Positions 26,965-30,990 of a stretch of 30,990 nt of DNA are shown in pieces; the first letter of the stretch is position 1; each line of letters begins with the position of its first letter. The DNA is from Chthonomonadales bacterium. GTDB lineage: Bacteria > Armatimonadota > Chthonomonadetes > Chthonomonadales > Chthonomonadaceae. Under the pieces are notes generated by a model. The model was not told the DNA's origin, ran no database searches, and saw only the letters and a list, made by a program, of their open reading frames with translations. The translations under genes and the position numbers were made by a program. The stretch spans positions 1-30,990 of the forward strand of contig JBBQPO010000034.1 of assembly GCA_038217285.1 (NCBI GenBank), in the 5' to 3' direction.

Positions 26965-29900
26965 TGCGCTCCATGTCTGAAACGCTTTCGATCCGAAAAA
27001 CGCTGATATTGGGATTAGGCACGACGGGCAAGGAGGTCGCGGAGGCCGTCGCCGAACATCTGACCTGGCAGTTCGGCGGGTTTGAAAAGGCAGCCTGGGT
27101 GCGCCTGCTGGTGCTGGAGACCGAACAGCCCAACTCACCGCTGGGCGACCGTGTGCTGCGCGGCGGCATCAGTCGGGAAGAGTACGCCGCCTATCTCAAC
27201 GCGCCCCGGACAGCAGGCGCGGCCTTCGACTTTTTCCAGTGGCAGGACGGGCAGAGCCTCAAGGCCATCGACAACCCTTCCGCCGGAGCGGGCAACCTGC
27301 GCATGCTGGGGCGGCTCTGCCTCTTTCACTCCTCCACCTCCTCCGAAGCCTCGACCTACGAGCGGCTGAAGCGGCGCGTCATGAGCGATCTCTCCGCGCT
27401 GAACCAGCTCACGCCGCAAGCCATCGCCGACCAGTTGGGCCGCGCCGACGTGAACGTGGACATGCACTCCGACACCGTCGTCTACGTGGTCGGAACCCTC
27501 TGCGGCGGCACCTGCAGCGGCGGAGCCGCCGATATGGGCTATCTGCTGCGCGAATGGGCCGGGAACGGGATCGACTGTCAGGCCATCTTCACGCTGCCGC
27601 ACCCGCAGCTTGCGGGCGCGAAGGCCGCGCGCTACAAGAAAAACGCCTACTACGCGCTCAAAGAGCTGAACCACTATCAACTCGACAGCACCGCCTGGCT
27701 GCAGAAGCTGCCCGGCAACGACAAACAGTCGCGCCGCGCCGAGAAGCCCTATGTCATTCTGCGTGTTCTTATGCCGGGCGGTTCGGATGGGGCCGATGTG
27801 CGGCGGCTCAACGTCATGATCGGGCAGTATCTCGCCGCAGCGGTCGGGCCTGCGGGCGGCGCCATCGCCGCGCGGGACGTCGATGCCAAAGGCAATATGG
27901 AGACGGCGGACAGCGTCGGCTTCATGCGCCCCCTGTTCAGCACGATGGGCATGGCCGCGCTGGAGTATCCCGGCGAGCACATCCTGCGGGCGACGACGCT
28001 GCGACTCATGGCGGGCGCGCTGGAGCACTGGTGCCGACACTCCCTCACCCCGGAGCGGATCGACGAGGCCCTGCGCCTGCTCGGCGGCAACGACTTCGAG
28101 GCGCAGTTGCAGCGCCTCACCGAAAATGCGACCGATAAGCTCGGCGTCGCGGTCTTCCAGAAGATGACTCAGCCGGACGCGAACGGCCAGCCGCCGAAGG
28201 TCGAGCAGATACGGCAACTGCTGCGTGATGTCGATGGACGCCTCACCGCCACCGATCTGCCGCGCGGCGACGTGAACGACGCCCTGCCGACCCTGCTGCA
28301 CGTCATGGAAAACAACCAGAAGACGTTCCTGACCCGCATCGACACCGACATTCAGCAGTTCGTGACGCGCGCTCTGTTCGATCTCGACGGTGGGCCAGGC
28401 TTTGTGTCCGCCGTCCTGGAAGAGCAGATGCGGCGCATGGAGGCCTGGGCCCGGGAGGCGCAGGACAACCTCCAGGAGTACCGGCAGGACTCCAAATCGC
28501 TGCGAGAGACGCTGGACGAGCAGATCGCCGAAGTCGAGCGCATCCAGAACAGCCACATGCTGTTCGGGAAAAAAGAGAAGCTGAAGCATGGCTGGGAGGG
28601 CGTGACACAGAGCGCCCACTCCTATCTCCAGACGGAGCTGCGCACTCAGGCAACCACGCACCTGCAGCGCCGAGAGATGATCGGCCAACTGCTGGAGAAG
28701 TACCGTCAGAGCACCGCCCTCCTGATGCGCCGCCTCAAGACGATGCAGTCCGCCTTCACGCAGACGGCCGTGGGCTGGAAAGACACCTGGCACGAGATGG
28801 CGCAGGATCAGCCGCCCGTCAACGGCAAGGTCTATTTCGAGGCGGAGCCTCCCGCACCGCGTGGGACCATCACGGAGGAGTACTACAACCTGCTGCGGCA
28901 GCGCTCCTGGCCTGGTGAGACGGCGACCGGGTGGGACGACGCACAGAAAGAGGAGGCGGCCCAGCGGGACGTCCTGGAGGCGCTCCAACTGCTCATGCAG
29001 GATCTGCGCCTACCGGACGGGCAGAGCGCGTTCGACTTCAAGCCGGGACGGGGCAGTGCGCAGGACAGCATTCCGCCGGACCTGCTGCAGACGCTCGAAG
29101 CCCGTTCCCGCGCCTTCTTCGAGCCGCTGCGCGACCATGTCCATATCGCCGACAAAGCGGCGGCGGCCGATCTCGATACGGTCATCCAGCTCAGCGCGCC
29201 CCGACTCGGCATTCACGGCGCACAGGTCAGTCCGCAGTTGACCGGCGCACGCGCCGTGACGCCGCAGCCGCAGAATCTGGCGTTTCTCGACCTGAGCCGC
29301 AAGGATGCGCGCACCCTGCAGATGATCGCGAAGATCGAAACCAACGTCGCGCTGGCCCGCGACGGCAAGATCACCGACAGCCACGATCCCTTCCGCCTCC
29401 TGATCGTTCAGGAGCGGCATGGCTTCACCTTCGGGCAGATGGAGGGCGTCGTCAGCAGCCATGCCTACGACCTCGCCGCCCTGCAGAGCGCCGAAACGGC
29501 GGCGAACGACTTTCATTTCTGGCACACGCGCCGCGACGTCAACTGGATCGACCCGCTCGTGCCGCCGCGCCGGGTCGAGGAGACGGAGGAGTGGTGGCTC
29601 CAGGTGATTCTGCTGGGCCGCCCCGCCGACAACGTGTTCAAATGGACACCCGCGAACCACAAAGAGATACCGGGTGAGGGCTGGTACCAGATCGCAGGCG
29701 GTGAGTTCCGGGTCTTCTATCCGGCGGGCATACCGGGCGTGACGGACACGGAGGCGCGTATTCCGCTGGATTTCAACGATGCGATCATGCAGTTGCTATC
29801 GGTGAACTACGGGACGATGCGGCAGGGGCTAAAAGTGCATTTGAGCGGCTACCGGCACGAGGTGAAGGAGCCGCGCCTGGTGAGCGCCCTGGCCGACGGC

Positions 29901-30218
29901 CTGAAAGCCCTGCCGAACCTCGGCGTGAAGGGGCTGGACAAGGGGCAGGCCGACCGCATTCTGCGCCGCGCCTATGGGCGCGACACGGCGTTGGCGGACG
30001 CCTTCTTCGTCTATGAGACCGAGGCCAGCAAAGACTCCGCGAAGCTGTTCTCGCACCTGTTCAAAATGGAGGGCGACCAGATCCCCGAGTCGAGCGGCGA
30101 GTACACGGCCAGCGCCTACTACTGCCCGCACTGCAATCACCTGCTGAGCGACAACGTGGAGGCGCTGCGCGCGGCCCACTTCCTCTGCCCTGCCTGCGGG
30201 GAAAGGTACTGGCCGTAG
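26964..30218 (+). CDS. Divergent tubulin/FtsZ-superfamily GTPase (Tubulin_2/FtsZl-like) with long helical region and C-terminal zinc ribbon
   Basis: LILGLGTTG, GAGNLRMLGRL, signature-like VGTLCGGTCSG, NAYYALKELNHY; coiled-coil middle; CPHC...CPACG at the C-terminus; TAATG overlap. Confidence 0.85.
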   Translation: MRSMSETLSIRKTLILGLGTTGKEVAEAVAEHLTWQFGGFEKAAWVRLLVLETEQPNSPLGDRVLRGGISREEYAAYLNAPRTAGAAFDFFQWQDGQSLKAIDNPSAGAGNLRMLGRLCLFHSSTSSEASTYERLKRRVMSDLSALNQLTPQAIADQLGRADVNVDMHSDTVVYVVGTLCGGTCSGGAADMGYLLREWAGNGIDCQAIFTLPHPQLAGAKAARYKKNAYYALKELNHYQLDSTAWLQKLPGNDKQSRRAEKPYVILRVLMPGGSDGADVRRLNVMIGQYLAAAVGPAGGAIAARDVDAKGNMETADSVGFMRPLFSTMGMAALEYPGEHILRATTLRLMAGALEHWCRHSLTPERIDEALRLLGGNDFEAQLQRLTENATDKLGVAVFQKMTQPDANGQPPKVEQIRQLLRDVDGRLTATDLPRGDVNDALPTLLHVMENNQKTFLTRIDTDIQQFVTRALFDLDGGPGFVSAVLEEQMRRMEAWAREAQDNLQEYRQDSKSLRETLDEQIAEVERIQNSHMLFGKKEKLKHGWEGVTQSAHSYLQTELRTQATTHLQRREMIGQLLEKYRQSTALLMRRLKTMQSAFTQTAVGWKDTWHEMAQDQPPVNGKVYFEAEPPAPRGTITEEYYNLLRQRSWPGETATGWDDAQKEEAAQRDVLEALQLLMQDLRLPDGQSAFDFKPGRGSAQDSIPPDLLQTLEARSRAFFEPLRDHVHIADKAAAADLDTVIQLSAPRLGIHGAQVSPQLTGARAVTPQPQNLAFLDLSRKDARTLQMIAKIETNVALARDGKITDSHDPFRLLIVQERHGFTFGQMEGVVSSHAYDLAALQSAETAANDFHFWHTRRDVNWIDPLVPPRRVEETEEWWLQVILLGRPADNVFKWTPANHKEIPGEGWYQIAGGEFRVFYPAGIPGVTDTEARIPLDFNDAIMQLLSVNYGTMRQGLKVHLSGYRHEVKEPRLVSALADGLKALPNLGVKGLDKGQADRILRRAYGRDTALADAFFVYETEASKDSAKLFSHLFKMEGDQIPESSGEYTASAYYCPHCNHLLSDNVEALRAAHFLCPACGERYWP

Positions 30219-30990
30219 ATGCCGATCTCTCCCCGCGCGAAGCTGCCTCTGCTCTTCTCGGCACTGATGGGCCTCTGCGTGCTTGGCGCGGAGGGCTATG
30301 TCCTGACCGGCCTGCTCCGCCAGCATGCCGATGGATGGCAAACCCTCGTCGCGGCCCTCTTTGCACTCGTCGTCTTCACGGTCTGGTTGTGGGGTTTCTA
30401 CCGCTCCTGGCGCGTCTTGAGCCAATATAGCGTGGAAGAGGCGGCGCTGCCCCAGGCCACGGCCGCGCTGGAGGCGATGGCGCATGGCATCGAGGCCGGC
30501 GACTGGAAACGGCAGAGCTTCACGGACGCCGCACCACTGCTCGACCGGCGTCTGACGCAGATGTGGAGAGGGCTGCAGCGGGGCGCACCGCTGCTCGCGG
30601 GGGATAGGGTCGAGAGCGAAGACCGCCCTCTCCCCGGCCCGGAGCGCGAAATCCGGACCTACAGGGACATCGCGTTGAACGTCGGGATCGCCGGAGCCTT
30701 CGTCTCCATTCTCATCACGTTAGGGCAGCCACAGGGTCTGACGGCCGACGCGCTGCTGACCCATGCTGGCCCCGGTATTGCGAGCGGACTGGCCGCTATC
30801 ATCGCTGGAATCGGGCTGCGCCTCTGTCATCGCGCCATACAGGACGAGCAGGACGCCCTCGCCGGGCATGTAGACGAGGCCGTCTCCGAATTTTTCGTGG
30901 CCCATCTGCCGAAGACCGTGACGAGTCCGAACGAGCGTATGGTCCTGGCGACCACGGCGTTGGCGCAGAGCGCTAAAGACGATTTGGCGG
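30219..30990 (+). CDS. MotA/TolQ/ExbB (ZorA-like) proton-channel-type membrane protein, 3' truncated by the window end
   Basis: ATG directly after the TAG at 30218; open to the window end (MPISPRAKLPLLFSALMGL...); two N-terminal TMs, a soluble loop, then TM pair IALNVGIAGAFVSILITL and GPGIASGLAAIIAGIGL, followed by a helical tail. Confidence 0.6.
   Translation, partial: MPISPRAKLPLLFSALMGLCVLGAEGYVLTGLLRQHADGWQTLVAALFALVVFTVWLWGFYRSWRVLSQYSVEEAALPQATAALEAMAHGIEAGDWKRQSFTDAAPLLDRRLTQMWRGLQRGAPLLAGDRVESEDRPLPGPEREIRTYRDIALNVGIAGAFVSILITLGQPQGLTADALLTHAGPGIASGLAAIIAGIGLRLCHRAIQDEQDALAGHVDEAVSEFFVAHLPKTVTSPNERMVLATTALAQSAKDDLA

Noticed and set aside
26964-30218. Calling this gene ftsZ, or the 20050 and 22521 genes dnaK and grpE
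   Set aside because: Size, domain architecture and context differ from the housekeeping genes, so symbols were withheld.
1-30990. tRNA, rRNA or CRISPR arrays
   Set aside because: None recognised by eye; a tRNAscan/Infernal run would be needed to exclude small RNAs.

Overview
GC-rich bacterial chromosomal segment. The gene content (DUF1559-type pilin-like gene, CRTAC1/ASPIC-UnbV, large TPR proteins) suggests Armatimonadota or a PVC-like lineage; this is an inference only. The left two-thirds carry an esterase, a vWA membrane protein, a DUF4230-like gene, a lower-GC two-gene insert (frameshifted DUF4365-like nuclease plus a 387-aa unknown), ndk, a giant TPR protein, an orphan sugar-ABC ATPase, a pilin-like protein, YihY/BrkB, a CoiA-like nuclease, and a small-TM/DUF1559/TPR/CRTAC1 module. 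The main point of interest is a translationally coupled operon of at least six genes from 20050 to beyond the window end. It encodes a Zn-ribbon Hsp70-like ATPase, a protein with two tandem GrpE-like domains, a multi-Zn-ribbon/putative beta-propeller protein, an exported degenerate vWA single-pass membrane protein, a 1084-aa divergent tubulin/FtsZ-like GTPase, and a MotA/TolQ/ExbB(ZorA)-like membrane protein missing from the ORF track. This is a candidate membrane-associated chaperone/cytoskeletal stress or conflict system. All family calls come from motifs recognised by eye; no database searches were run.
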